Assembly: GCA_045863395.1 (NCBI GenBank)
Contig: BTVJ01000023.1
Coordinates: 1 to 64,000 of the forward strand
DNA: 64,000 nucleotides
DNA from: Myxococcales bacterium
GTDB taxonomy: Bacteria > Myxococcota_A > UBA9042 > JABWCM01 > BTVJ01
Direction of reading: 5' to 3'
The notes beneath the pieces are model-generated. The model was given only the letters and a program-made list of their open reading frames with translations, was not told where the DNA came from and made no database searches. The translations under genes were made by a program, and so were the position numbers. Positions within the stretch are counted from its first letter, which is position 1. Each line of letters opens with the position of its first letter. Of the stretch, positions 1 through 10,538 are shown in pieces.

Positions 1-134
1 GCATCGGAAACGAGCCGACCGCAAGTTTTTCGTCCCTGTATTTTTGCGGCGGACTGCTAGAGTAGCAAAAAATACATCGGAACGGCGGGACAAGGGGTCC
101 TGTCGTGCTGCAACCTCCATCAAAGGAGCTGGAC

Positions 135-485
135 ATGGCGAAGAAGGTATTCTTTCCTCCCAAGACGTTCGACGACGATCTGACGGCCTTCGTTGACCTC
201 TACGAGGCCAAGAAGTGGACCTTCTCCGGTATCGACAAGGATGTGCTGCTCGCGGATGCGCCTGAGCAGCGGAAACAGCGGAAGGAGCACGACGAGCTGG
301 AGATCAAGTACACCAACGTACGGGAGACCTTCATCCGGGAGCAGGAGGCCCGGTACACCCGCTTCGCCGCTGCCCTGAACGCCGCTCGGGGCGCCTTCCG
401 CGGGGACCCGATCACGTTGAAGGAGCTCGCGCGATTCAAGCGCTCCATTCGGAAGACTCGCTCCACCGAGGGGAAGCAGAGCTGA
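135..485 (+). CDS. hypothetical helical protein (116 aa)
   Basis: ATG at 135 follows AAGGAG. Protein-like composition (MAKKVFFPPKTFDDDL...). No recognisable family motif. Confidence 0.7.
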   Translation: MAKKVFFPPKTFDDDLTAFVDLYEAKKWTFSGIDKDVLLADAPEQRKQRKEHDELEIKYTNVRETFIREQEARYTRFAAALNAARGAFRGDPITLKELARFKRSIRKTRSTEGKQS

Positions 486-832
486 GTCTCGCCCTTTGCG
501 CAGGCGCTGACCTCCGTCCCCGGTGCTCCCACCCGATGCCGCGTGCCCAGGTGCACGGCTCCCGCATCCTCGATGTTCCCCCCATGTGCGCGTCCCATGT
601 CCACCGTGTTGGGCGGTCGCCGAGCCGCGTGCTCCCCGGCCCGACCGTGCCGTCCACTGGCCGCGCGACACAGAGGTGCGCAGAATCGCAACACCGTGTT
701 CACCTCATGCACGTCTCCCCACCCGGGCCACCATCCGCGGGACCTGCGCTGGTGCCAGCCTCCCACGACTCCACCCCTGCGCACGGTCCTTGCATCGCGC
801 CGGTACGCCCCACCCTGACGCGGAGGTGTCAC

Positions 833-3088
833 ATGCGGTTGCTCCAGGGGTGCTCACTGATGCTGGTGGTCGTGACGGCGTGCGGGGACGGCGGCCACGC
901 CGGCGGGCCCGCGATTCCTTCGACGCCCCCCGTTCTCGACGAGTACAGCACTGCCATCAACCCCACGGTGAAGGGGCCGTCCGACCCGGCCTTCCAGACG
1001 GCGCTTCAGGCGGCCCTCACGGCCGGCACGGAGGCGACCGTCGCAGACTTCCTGGCGCGGTGGCTCCCGGAGGACGCCCCCGAGGCGTTCCCGCTCAGCT
1101 ACGACCCCCTCAAGAGCGACAATGTCGTGCTCATCGCGCAGAACCTGGCGCTGACCGATGCGGAGCGCCAGAGGCTGGCCGCAAACGGCTTCGTCGTCAG
1201 TGAGCGCCTGGCCTACCAGAGCCACGGGGCTGCGCTCCTCGACATCTTCCAGAAGGACCTGCCCATCTTCGTGACGGCGGACATGGTCCTGCACGCGCTG
1301 CACGCCTCCTACGACGCGCTGCTCGCCGAGACGGAGCAGACGACCCTCCTGCCCACCATCCGCGCGGCCCTTGCGGCGACTCGCGGGGCCCTCGCGGGCT
1401 TCGATGCTCCCTCGGACGCGGCCAAGGACGCCCGCGCCGACTGCGACCTGATTCTGACGGTCGCGCTGAGTCTGCTCGACGGCGCCGCAGTGCCCTCCGC
1501 CCTCGGCGGAGTGGATGCTCAGGTCGCCGATCTCCTCGCCCGGATCGAGGCACTCTCTCTCCAGGAGACCCCGCTCTTCGGCTCGATGCGGGTGATGGAT
1601 TTCTCGCAGTTCAAGCCGCGGGGCCACTACGAGGACACCGCGGAGCTGCAGCGCTACTTCCGCGCCATGATGTGGCTCGGCCGCGTGGACCTGAGACTGA
1701 TGGAGTTCGACACTGCGCAGGACGTCTGGGTCTTCCACGACCGTCAGGTCGCCGGCGCGTGGCTCCTGGGCGCCGCAGCCGCCGCCTCCGGGGCGACGAC
1801 CGGTCTCGCCAAGGCGGACTCGATCCTGCGCGCCCTCGTCGGGGACGTGGACTACATCACCCTCGCAGGCATCAGCGGTCTCTCGAAGGCCCACGGCCTG
1901 GACACGCTGGCGAAGGCCGCCAGTCTCTCCGCCGAGACGCGCCAGGCGCTGGCCGATGAGCTGCTCGCCGGCACGTGGGGCGAGCAGAAGATCAACAGCC
2001 ACTGGCTCTCCTCGAACCCGCTCTCCGCGGAGCCGACGCCCCTCCCCGCGGCCTTCGCCTTCTTCGGACAGCGCTTCACCGTCGACGGCCACGTGTTCTC
2101 GAACGTGGTGTTCGACCGCATCGTCAAGGGCGGCGAGAAGGTGCCGCGCCGCCTGCCGAGCCCGCTGGACGCCCTGTTCGTGCTCGGCAACAGCCAAGTC
2201 CTTCCCCACCTGGCCACAGAGCTCGAGACCTGGCAATACCAGGCAAACCTGCACGCGCTGCGCTTCCTCACGGACTGGTACGAGCCAGACTACTGGCAGA
2301 CGAGCGCCTACACCCTCTGGCTCTCCGCCCTGCGCGGGATGAACGCCCCGACCACGTCTGCCTTCTACCCCGAGCCCATGCGCACGCCGGCCTGGCGTGA
2401 CCGCGTGATCAACACGCAGCTCGGGAGCTGGGCCCAGCTCCGCCACGACACGCTGCTCTATGTGAAGCAGTCGTACACGGGCTCCCCGGGCTGCGAGCAC
2501 CCGGACGGCTGGGTGGACCCCTACCCCGAGCTGTGGGGCGCGCTCGCGTCCATGGCGGATCGCGTGACGGAGGCCCTCGCAGGGACGCCCGCCGAGGCGC
2601 GGGTCGCGACGTTCTTCGCCAACTGGAAGGCGCACATGACGACGCTGCGGGCCATCGCCGAGAAGGAGCTCGACGGCTCGCCCCTGAGCGAGGAGGAGCT
2701 CGCGTTCCTGAAGGGCACGGCCATGACGTCGGAAGGGTGCGGCCCCATCCTGAATGGCTGGTACCCGTCCCTCTACTGGATGGGCGAGGACGCGGTCCTG
2801 GAGTGGGATCCGACCATCGCGGACGTCCACACGAACCCCAGCGACACGCCTCCCCTGGGCCCGGCCGACGTGCTGCACGTCGCCACCGGCAACCCGCGCC
2901 TGATGGTCTTCACGACCGACTCCTGCGACGGCCCCCGCGCGTTCGTCGGTCCCGTGTTCTCGTACTACGAGGTGCTGCCTGGCAAGCTCGAGCGCTACGC
3001 CGACAGCGACTGGGAGAGCATGATGCTGCAGAGCAAGGCGCCGCCCCCTCCCGCGTGGACCCAGAGCTTCCTCGTCCCCGCGCCCTAG
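833..3088 (+). CDS. DUF3160 domain-containing lipoprotein
   Basis: GGAGG RBS before ATG 833. Lipobox VTAC. DUF3160-type motifs DFSQFKPRGHY, YFRAMMWLGR, LGSWAQLRHDTLLYVKQSY and GPVFSYYE. Confidence 0.85.
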   Translation: MRLLQGCSLMLVVVTACGDGGHAGGPAIPSTPPVLDEYSTAINPTVKGPSDPAFQTALQAALTAGTEATVADFLARWLPEDAPEAFPLSYDPLKSDNVVLIAQNLALTDAERQRLAANGFVVSERLAYQSHGAALLDIFQKDLPIFVTADMVLHALHASYDALLAETEQTTLLPTIRAALAATRGALAGFDAPSDAAKDARADCDLILTVALSLLDGAAVPSALGGVDAQVADLLARIEALSLQETPLFGSMRVMDFSQFKPRGHYEDTAELQRYFRAMMWLGRVDLRLMEFDTAQDVWVFHDRQVAGAWLLGAAAAASGATTGLAKADSILRALVGDVDYITLAGISGLSKAHGLDTLAKAASLSAETRQALADELLAGTWGEQKINSHWLSSNPLSAEPTPLPAAFAFFGQRFTVDGHVFSNVVFDRIVKGGEKVPRRLPSPLDALFVLGNSQVLPHLATELETWQYQANLHALRFLTDWYEPDYWQTSAYTLWLSALRGMNAPTTSAFYPEPMRTPAWRDRVINTQLGSWAQLRHDTLLYVKQSYTGSPGCEHPDGWVDPYPELWGALASMADRVTEALAGTPAEARVATFFANWKAHMTTLRAIAEKELDGSPLSEEELAFLKGTAMTSEGCGPILNGWYPSLYWMGEDAVLEWDPTIADVHTNPSDTPPLGPADVLHVATGNPRLMVFTTDSCDGPRAFVGPVFSYYEVLPGKLERYADSDWESMMLQSKAPPPPAWTQSFLVPAP

Positions 3089-3212
3089 CCCCCAGCGCGG
3101 CCCCCCACGGCGCCGTTGCCCCCCGCGCCCCCTCACGGCCTCATGCACTTCACCGCCCTTTACCCCACCCGCCTCCCAAGCTAGGATGCGCCGACTCTCG
3201 ACGAGGGGCAGC

Positions 3213-4871
3213 GTGAACCCGAGACACCGACATCTCACCCGCATCCTCGCAGCCGCGGCATTCGTGGCCGCGGCCTCCTGCGGGCGCTCCGGCTGCTCCT
3301 GCGACCGGGTGGAGGACGTGGAGCCCTACCTCCCCGAGGACGCCTCCGGCGCGATCCTGTTCTCGCCGCCGGGGGCGCTGCAGCCGCCGATCAGCGCCTT
3401 CCTGGCGGGCATCGAGGGGGAGGGCGGGCTCTTCGACTGGATGGCTGGCAAGTACGGCGTCGACATCACCAGCGAGGACGGGCTGCGGGCCTCCGGCATC
3501 GACCCGGCCCTGGGCGTCGCCTTGGTCCGCCGCAACGGCGTCTCCTTGCTGCTCGGGGGCGCCAGCGACCAGGACGCCTTCACGCGCCTCGTCTACGCGC
3601 GCCTCTCCGCGCTGGGCTACCCCGCCCCCGTCGAGCGCAAGGGCGACCCGCCGGTCCTCGAGGTGACGGGCGACCCCGCCGCAGGGCGACCCCACGTGGC
3701 CTTCGGGTGGAAGCACACGCTGGCGATCCTCGCGACCGGCGACGAGGCCGCCCCGCTCGTCGACGCCGTCCGCGCCATCGCGGCACGAAACACCGGCGGC
3801 CTGACCACCACCGATGGCTGGCGCTCCATGGCGGAGGCCCTCCCGGCCCACGGCCCGGGCGCCATGGCGTACTACGATCTGCACGCCCTGGAGGGTGACG
3901 ACCGCCCCCTGGTCGCCCTCCTGCGGGGCCTGGGCCCCACCGTGGGCGCGGCCCTGGAGAAGGGCGTGGCGTCGAGCCGCGACCTCGGCTTCCGGTTCTC
4001 CGTGGTGGATGACCGCATCTCCCTGGACGCGCTGCTCCGCGCCGAGGAGGCGGCCATCCCCACCGAGTGGCTGGAGGCGGGCCCGCCCCCGTCCTTCGGC
4101 GCCATGCTCCCGCGGGAGACCACAGCGCTCCTTCGCCTCCGCGCCAACGTCGCCATGATCCAGGACCTCCCGGCCTTCCTCCGGGAGATGATCCTCCCGC
4201 CGGGCATCCTCGGGCGCATCCACCCGCTGCTCGCCCAGGTGGACCCCGATCGCGACCTCCTCGCCCACCTGACCGGCCACGTGGCGGTGGCGCTCATCGG
4301 GCTCGGGGAGGAGTCGATCCTCGGCAAGCTCCTCGTGGCGCGCAACCTCCCGCAGGTCACGAGCCAGATCCAGGCGGCGCTGCTGTTCCAGGTCCGCGAT
4401 CCGGCGGCCTTCCTCGCGTCCTGGGCCGCCCACACGGAGGCCCCCACCCGCGCCGGCTTCACCGTCATCGAGGCCCCCGGCATCCACGGTGGCCCACCCG
4501 TCACCCGGCTCTCCCACCCGAAGACGGGCGAAGAGTATGCCCTCCTCGTCTCCGGCGACGTCGTCGCCCTGCTGTGCGGCAAGGAGGCCTACGTGGACGT
4601 GCGTGACGTGCTGGAGGGGCGGGCCACGGCGCTGCGGGAGCGCGCCGAGTCCCCCCTGGCGAAGGCCGTCACGGGCGCCGTTGGGGCCGAGGCGGACGCG
4701 GCCCGGCTCACCGCGGGCCTCTTCTTCACCTTCAACCGCCTGACCCGCCAGCTCGGCGAGAAGGGGGCGCCCCCGTTCTACCTGCGCGTGATCAACTCCA
4801 TCTTCGAGGCGACCGCCGCCCTGGAGGTGACGCCGTCCAGCGTGCGCCTGTCCCTGGAGGCGGTCCAGTGA
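3213..4871 (+). CDS. putative lipoprotein, first gene of ABC transporter operon
   Basis: GTG 3213 after GAGGGG. Signal peptide ending AASC. Stop overlaps the next start (GTGA at 4868-4871). Confidence 0.7.
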   Translation: MNPRHRHLTRILAAAAFVAAASCGRSGCSCDRVEDVEPYLPEDASGAILFSPPGALQPPISAFLAGIEGEGGLFDWMAGKYGVDITSEDGLRASGIDPALGVALVRRNGVSLLLGGASDQDAFTRLVYARLSALGYPAPVERKGDPPVLEVTGDPAAGRPHVAFGWKHTLAILATGDEAAPLVDAVRAIAARNTGGLTTTDGWRSMAEALPAHGPGAMAYYDLHALEGDDRPLVALLRGLGPTVGAALEKGVASSRDLGFRFSVVDDRISLDALLRAEEAAIPTEWLEAGPPPSFGAMLPRETTALLRLRANVAMIQDLPAFLREMILPPGILGRIHPLLAQVDPDRDLLAHLTGHVAVALIGLGEESILGKLLVARNLPQVTSQIQAALLFQVRDPAAFLASWAAHTEAPTRAGFTVIEAPGIHGGPPVTRLSHPKTGEEYALLVSGDVVALLCGKEAYVDVRDVLEGRATALRERAESPLAKAVTGAVGAEADAARLTAGLFFTFNRLTRQLGEKGAPPFYLRVINSIFEATAALEVTPSSVRLSLEAVQ

Positions 4872-5560
4872 TCCAGCTCAGCGACCTCACCAAGGCCTAC
4901 CCGAGCCAGCCGAACGTGCAGGTGTTGAAGGGCGTCTCGCTGCGCATCGCCGACGGCGAGCTCGTGTCCATCATGGGCACGAGCGGCTCCGGCAAGTCGA
5001 CGCTGCTGAACGTCATCGGGGGCCTCGACCGCCAGTACGGTGGGTCGGCCGTCGTCGCAGACCGCGACGTCAAGAAGCTGTCCGACCGGGACCTGTCCCA
5101 CTTCCGCAACCGCACCATCGGGTTCGTTTTCCAGGCGTTCAACCTGCTGCCCCACCTGACGTGCAGCGAGAACGTGCGGCTGCCCGCCTACTTCATGAGC
5201 GAGGTGAAGGGCGAGGCGCTGGAGCGGCGCACCGACGAGGCCCTCGACGCCGTCGGGCTGCTCCACAAGCGGGCCGCGCGCCCCCTGGAGCTCTCCGGCG
5301 GCGAGCGGCAGCGCATCGCCATCGCCCGGGCCCTGTTCAACCGGCCCAAGATCCTGCTCTGCGACGAGCCCACCGGCGCGCTGGACACCAAGACCGGCGA
5401 CCGCATCCTCGCGCTCTTCGAGGCGCTGAACCGGGAGCGAGGCCAGACCGTGATCCTCGTCACCCACGAGCCGCGGGTCAGCGCCCGGGCGGACCGCATC
5501 GTGCGCATCGAGGACGGCGTCATCGTCAGCGACGAGCCCACGCGGCCCGGGGAGGCCTGA
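4868..5560 (+). CDS. ABC transporter ATP-binding protein (LolD/MacB-type)
   Basis: Walker A GTSGSGKST, FVFQAFNLL, signature LSGGERQR, Walker B LLCDEPTGALD and H-loop VTHE. Confidence 0.95.
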   Translation: MIQLSDLTKAYPSQPNVQVLKGVSLRIADGELVSIMGTSGSGKSTLLNVIGGLDRQYGGSAVVADRDVKKLSDRDLSHFRNRTIGFVFQAFNLLPHLTCSENVRLPAYFMSEVKGEALERRTDEALDAVGLLHKRAARPLELSGGERQRIAIARALFNRPKILLCDEPTGALDTKTGDRILALFEALNRERGQTVILVTHEPRVSARADRIVRIEDGVIVSDEPTRPGEA

Positions 5561-5564
5561 GCCC

Positions 5565-7505
5565 ATGCCGTGGAAGAGGCTCCTTCACCTGGTGTGGCAG
5601 AACATCGCCCGCAACAAGGTGAACTTCGTGTTCTCGTCGGTGGGGATCCTCATCGGCACGGGCATGTTCACGTTCTTCGTGGGCCTGGGCGAGGGCATCA
5701 GGACGGGCGTGCTCAACCGCATCTACCCCATCAACCAGATCGAGGTGGAGCCCAAGACCGTCACCGTGCTCGGCGTCAAGGAGACCCTGGACGACGTGCC
5801 TCTCACCGATCAGCGCGTCGCCAGCTTCCGCGAGGTGCCCGGCGTGGCCTCCGCGTACCCGAAGCAGCGCTCCAAGTTTCAAGCGCGGCTGTGGGGTGGC
5901 CAGTCCCTGTTCGGGCGCGACGTGCACACGGAGGCGTTCTTCGACGGCATCCGGCCCGAGCTGGTGACCGACGAGCTCCACGAGAACGAGGGGGGCCGCA
6001 CCGACGGGCGCAAGAAGAAGCGGCGGCTGCCGTGCAAGAACGACGGCGAGTGCGGGCCCGGCCAGGAGTGCGCCGACGGCGTGTGCCAGGACACCCAGTA
6101 CTGGCGCCTGTTCGCTGACCACGGCGAGTACTGGCCCTGCGCGACCGACGACGGCTGCGCCTCCGGGGTGTGCATCGGCGGCGTCTGCCGGGCCACCGAG
6201 TGCGCGTCCAGCGATGCCTGCGACGGCGCCTGCGTCATCCTGGCCTGCACGGACGACTCAGCCTGCGGCGCCAAGGGCGGGTGCGTCGACGGCCGCTGCC
6301 TCCGAGGCTACTGCGCCGCCGCCTGCGACCCGGGCGACGCCACGGGCATCCCGCCCCGGTCCACCTGCGCGCCCCACGAGTGGTGCACAGGGCGCCCCTG
6401 CGCGGCAGACACGGACTGCGGCGGGCCCTGCGTGGACGGGCGCTGCGCCGCCTCCCACGTGTGCGAGGCCATCCCCTGCCAGATCACCGGCGGCAACGAC
6501 ATCTACTCGACCCGCCCCTTGGACTTCCGCGGCCGGGTCACCGGCGTGTGCGCCGACGGGAGCGCCCCCGACGCCGACGGCGCCTGCCAGGTCCCGTTGC
6601 CCTGCCCGGAGCGCACGTACTGCCAGACCGCGGGGGTCCAGACGACGACCGGACAGTGTGAGCAGCCCGTCCCCGTGGTGCTCTCCCCGTTCCTGGTCGA
6701 GATGTTCAACACGACGGCCGCCACGGCGCTCGGCCTGCGCCGCGTCAGCGAGACCCAGGCGCTGTTGGGCCTCGGGTTCCGCGTCCAGTATGGCGACAGC
6801 TTCTTCACCGACGACCGGGAGAAGAAGAGCCAGGTGGTCAAGCGCGCGCAGATCGTCGGGTTCTCAAGCAAGGCGCTCGACCTGGGCGTCACCATGCCCC
6901 TGAAGTACGTGGAGCGCGCCAACGCCCGCTACAAGGGCACGACCGCGTCGGGGGAGTATGACAGCGTCATCCTGGAGGCGCGCACCAACGAAGACGTCCA
7001 CCAGGTCACCGCGGCGGCGGACCGCCTCGGCTTCGAGCTGTCCCGCAAGAGCCGCGACGCCAAGAAGGCCGGCAACATGCTCTACATCCTGACGGTGGTG
7101 TTCTCGCTGATAAGCTGGGTGATCATGGTCATCGCGGCGGTCAACATCAGCCAGACCTTCTTGATGGTCGTCTACGAGCGCAAGCGCGAGATCGGCGTCA
7201 TGCGCTCCATCGGCGCCACCCGCGGTGACATCCGCCGCATCGTCCTCGTCGAGGCGGCCTTCATCGGCGTCACCGCGGGCCTGCTCGGCAACCTGGTGGC
7301 CTGGGGCGCGAGCTACGGCATCAACAAGGCGGCGGCGCGCTATCTGGCGGACATGCCGTTTCGCCCCGAGACCTTCTTCGTGTTCGATCCGCCGATGATC
7401 CTGGTCTCCATCGCAGGGGCCATCGCCTTCTGCTTGTTCGGGGCCGTGGTGCCGGCACACCGTGCCGCGTCCTTGGACCCCGCGGAGGTGCTGTCGCAGC
7501 CATGA
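5565..7505 (+). CDS. ABC transporter permease (MacB/FtsX-type) with a Cys-rich insertion in the periplasmic domain
   Basis: One N-terminal TM, a large extracytoplasmic loop and three C-terminal TMs with ERKREIGVMRSIGA and PAHRAASLDP. The loop has 30 Cys at 6033-6659. Confidence 0.9.
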   Translation: MPWKRLLHLVWQNIARNKVNFVFSSVGILIGTGMFTFFVGLGEGIRTGVLNRIYPINQIEVEPKTVTVLGVKETLDDVPLTDQRVASFREVPGVASAYPKQRSKFQARLWGGQSLFGRDVHTEAFFDGIRPELVTDELHENEGGRTDGRKKKRRLPCKNDGECGPGQECADGVCQDTQYWRLFADHGEYWPCATDDGCASGVCIGGVCRATECASSDACDGACVILACTDDSACGAKGGCVDGRCLRGYCAAACDPGDATGIPPRSTCAPHEWCTGRPCAADTDCGGPCVDGRCAASHVCEAIPCQITGGNDIYSTRPLDFRGRVTGVCADGSAPDADGACQVPLPCPERTYCQTAGVQTTTGQCEQPVPVVLSPFLVEMFNTTAATALGLRRVSETQALLGLGFRVQYGDSFFTDDREKKSQVVKRAQIVGFSSKALDLGVTMPLKYVERANARYKGTTASGEYDSVILEARTNEDVHQVTAAADRLGFELSRKSRDAKKAGNMLYILTVVFSLISWVIMVIAAVNISQTFLMVVYERKREIGVMRSIGATRGDIRRIVLVEAAFIGVTAGLLGNLVAWGASYGINKAAARYLADMPFRPETFFVFDPPMILVSIAGAIAFCLFGAVVPAHRAASLDPAEVLSQP

Positions 7506-8017
7506 GCGTGATCCTCCCCTACCGCGGCAAGGCGCCGCGCATCCACGAGAGCGCCTGGATCGCCCCCAACGCGACCGTGACCGGCGACGTGGAGATCGGC
7601 CCCGACTGCAGCGTGTGGTTCGGCACGGTGATCCGCGGCGACGTGCACTGGGTGCGCATCGGCGCGCGGGTCAACGTGCAGGACCTGTCGATGATCCACG
7701 TCACTACGGACCGGTTCGGCACCCTGGTCGAGGACGACGTGACCATCGGCCACGCGGTGAAGCTCCACGGCTGCACGCTGCGGCGCGCGTGCCTCATCGG
7801 CATCGGCGCCATCGTGCTCGACCAGGCGGACATCGGCGAGGAGTCGCTCATCGGCGCCGGCAGCGTGGTGACGCCGGGCACTCGCATTCCCCCCGGCGTG
7901 CTGGCCGTAGGCAACCCCTGCAAGGTTCGACGGGACCTGACGGACGAGGAGCGCGCGGGCCTCCGCGTGAGCGCGGCCCACTACGTGCGGGTGACGGCGG
8001 GCTACAAGGACCCGTAG
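7502..8017 (+). CDS. gamma carbonic anhydrase family protein (YrdA/PaaY-like)
   Basis: Hexapeptide repeats, IRGDV, NVQD-x4-H and TIGH-x4-HGC. ATGA overlap with the permease stop. Confidence 0.92.
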   Translation: MSVILPYRGKAPRIHESAWIAPNATVTGDVEIGPDCSVWFGTVIRGDVHWVRIGARVNVQDLSMIHVTTDRFGTLVEDDVTIGHAVKLHGCTLRRACLIGIGAIVLDQADIGEESLIGAGSVVTPGTRIPPGVLAVGNPCKVRRDLTDEERAGLRVSAAHYVRVTAGYKDP

Positions 8018-8041
8018 GTCCGGAGCGCCAAGCCCCTCAAC

Positions 8042-9226
8042 CTACAGCGGCAGCCCCAGCGCCTTCGCGGCCGTGTGGGTGTCCTTGTCGCCGCGGCCGC
8101 TCACGTTGATGACGATCACTGCCCCCTTCATGGCAGGCGCCACGCGCAGAGCGTGGGCGACGGCGTGGGAGGTCTCCAGGGCGGGGATGATGCCCTCGGC
8201 GCGGGCGAGCGCCTGGAAGGCACTGAGCGCCTCCGAATCGGTCACCGACACGTACTGGACGCGCCCCGTGTCCTTCAGCCAGGCGTGCTCCGGCCCCACC
8301 CCCGGGTAGTCCAGGCCCGCGCTGATGCTGTGGGTCCCCACGATCTGGCCGTTCTCGTCCTGCAGCACGTAGCTGCGGCTGCCGTGGAGCACTCCGGGGC
8401 TGCCCGCCGTCAGGGTCGCGGCGTGCCGGCCCGTCTCGATGCCGTCACCGGCCGCCTCCACCCCGTGCATTGCCACGGCGTCGTCCAGGAACGGGTGGAA
8501 CAGCCCCATGGCGTTGCTGCCGCCCCCCACGCAGGCGACCAGCAGATCCGGCAGCCGCCCCTCGGCCTCCAGGCACTGCTCCCGCGCCTCGATCCCGATG
8601 ACCCGCTGGAAGTCCCGCACCATGGTCGGGTAGGGGTGGGGCCCTGCGACGGAGCCGATCAGGTAGTAGGTGTCGGCGACGTTGGTCACCCAGTCGCGCA
8701 TCGCCTCGTTCATGGCGTCCTTCAGCGTCCGGGTGCCGCTCTCCACGGGCCGCACCTCGGCCCCGAGGAGCTGCATGCGGAACACGTTGAGCTTCTGCCG
8801 CTCCACGTCCTCGGCGCCCATGTAGACCACGCAGGGCACCCCGAGGAGCGCCGCCACGGTCGCCGTCGCCACGCCGTGCTGCCCAGCACCCGTCTCGGCG
8901 ATGATGCGCCGCTTGCCCATCGCCCGCGCCAGCAGCCCCTGGCCGACGCAGTTGTTGATCTTGTGGGCCCCGGTGTGGACCAGGTCCTCTCGCTTCAGCC
9001 AGATGCGGGCGCCGGTCTGCTCGCTCAACCGCCGCGCGAAGGTCAGCGGGGTGGGGCGGCCTGCCCAGCCTCGCAGCAGCCCGTCCAGCTCCGCCTGGAA
9101 GGCCGCCGTCGGCGTGATGGTTCGCCACGCCTCGTCCAGCTCTCGCAGCGCCGGGACCAGGATCTCCGACACGAAGCTCCCCCCATAGGCGCCGAACCGC
9201 CCGGGCGAGCCCTGAACCTCGCTCAT
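8042..9226 (-). CDS. trpB: tryptophan synthase beta chain
   Basis: [24 protein letters not shown] (PLP Lys), [29 protein letters not shown] and SGRGDKD. Confidence 0.98.
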   Translation of the reverse strand: MSEVQGSPGRFGAYGGSFVSEILVPALRELDEAWRTITPTAAFQAELDGLLRGWAGRPTPLTFARRLSEQTGARIWLKREDLVHTGAHKINNCVGQGLLARAMGKRRIIAETGAGQHGVATATVAALLGVPCVVYMGAEDVERQKLNVFRMQLLGAEVRPVESGTRTLKDAMNEAMRDWVTNVADTYYLIGSVAGPHPYPTMVRDFQRVIGIEAREQCLEAEGRLPDLLVACVGGGSNAMGLFHPFLDDAVAMHGVEAAGDGIETGRHAATLTAGSPGVLHGSRSYVLQDENGQIVGTHSISAGLDYPGVGPEHAWLKDTGRVQYVSVTDSEALSAFQALARAEGIIPALETSHAVAHALRVAPAMKGAVIVINVSGRGDKDTHTAAKALGLPL

Positions 9227-10464
9227 GTGCGCTCCCCTGGGCCGCCCGGCCCGTGCCCGTCATCGTCCTGGTCTCCTGCTGACATGGCGATGGCCTGCGC
9301 GAGCTGCTGCATGCGCAGCGCCAGCGGGTCGACGCCGGGGCGCTGCTCTCCTTCTTCGTCGCGCAGGAACAACGGCATGCCCCGCACCAGCCGCTGGAGC
9401 ACGAGGCGCCGCTGGCGCTTCTTGTACGCGTCGTGGTTCGCCTCGCTGGCCTCGTTGCGCTCCCAGGTGTCCTGATCGAAGAGCTGGAACTCCACCTGGA
9501 GGTAGACGATGCGCCCCAGGTCCAGCGGCACCCCCTCCCCGATGCGCGACAGCAGCCCGTCGATGCGCAGGGGGAAGTCCACCACGAAGTTGATCACACG
9601 GTAGTCGGTGGCCGTGGAAGGGTTCTGCAGGCCCCCGCCGTCCTCGCTGACGGGTCGCACCTGCTCCTCCAGCCGCAGATCGAACTGGAGCTGCGCGATC
9701 TTCCCCCGCAGGCGCGGGCTGCCCTCCAGCATCTCCCGGAAGTTGAGGATGTCGTTTCGGCTCTCCTCGGGCACCACGTAGTTGAACGGGACCAGGTGCT
9801 GGGTCATGTGCCGCAGCACGGGCAGCAGATCGGCCCGCCGCTCCGTCACCACGCGGAACCTGAGCTTGTCGTAGACCTGCGCGGCGAGGGTCCGCCGCTT
9901 GCTCAGGAGCTTGGTGACCAGGCTGTCCCGGGTCTTGCGACTGGCCTTGTAGTCGTGAATGCCGAGGTGCGCCGCCTGGAGGTCTCCCACCCACCGTGTG
10001 ACCTCCTGCTCGACCATGGCGAACAGCTCCTGGTCGCTGACCGGGAGCTGGTAGCGAAGCTCCATGGAGTCGATGTGGTTGAGGATGTGGAGCACCTTCA
10101 ACATCATGCACGCGAGCTTCTCGTAGGGGTCCCCCGAGCCCGGCAGCAGGAACGGGTCCTCGATGCGGGCCGGCTCCACGAGCTCCGGCGGGAACGAGTA
10201 GCCGAAGTTGCGCTCCAGGTAGGAGGCCGCCGAGCGCACGAGCCCGCGGAGGCGGGCCTCGTCCTGGGGGTCGTCGGGCTCATACCGATTCACGCGCAGG
10301 AAGGCGTGCACCTCCTCCACGGTCTTGAAGTTGAGGCGGTACCAGTCCACGATGGACCCGCCCCGCAGCAGGAGCCGGATGGCCTCCAGGTCGGCGAGGC
10401 GGATGTCGTGCAGCGCGAGCTGGCGCTCCAGGCTGATGTCGAGATCGAGGTAGCGTGCGTCCAT
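9223..10464 (-). CDS. TIGR04552-like family protein (RelA/SpoT synthetase-like fold)
   Basis: [44 protein letters not shown] and VEFQ. GGAGA RBS before ATG 10464 (alternative start 10479). Confidence 0.75.
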   Translation of the reverse strand: MDARYLDLDISLERQLALHDIRLADLEAIRLLLRGGSIVDWYRLNFKTVEEVHAFLRVNRYEPDDPQDEARLRGLVRSAASYLERNFGYSFPPELVEPARIEDPFLLPGSGDPYEKLACMMLKVLHILNHIDSMELRYQLPVSDQELFAMVEQEVTRWVGDLQAAHLGIHDYKASRKTRDSLVTKLLSKRRTLAAQVYDKLRFRVVTERRADLLPVLRHMTQHLVPFNYVVPEESRNDILNFREMLEGSPRLRGKIAQLQFDLRLEEQVRPVSEDGGGLQNPSTATDYRVINFVVDFPLRIDGLLSRIGEGVPLDLGRIVYLQVEFQLFDQDTWERNEASEANHDAYKKRQRRLVLQRLVRGMPLFLRDEEGEQRPGVDPLALRMQQLAQAIAMSAGDQDDDGHGPGGPGERT

Positions 10465-10538
10465 CCGGTCTCCGGGCATGGGCGGGGCGCCCCACTTCTA
10501 ACGCAACCGCGGCAGGCGGATCAAAGGTTTGTGCTCCG

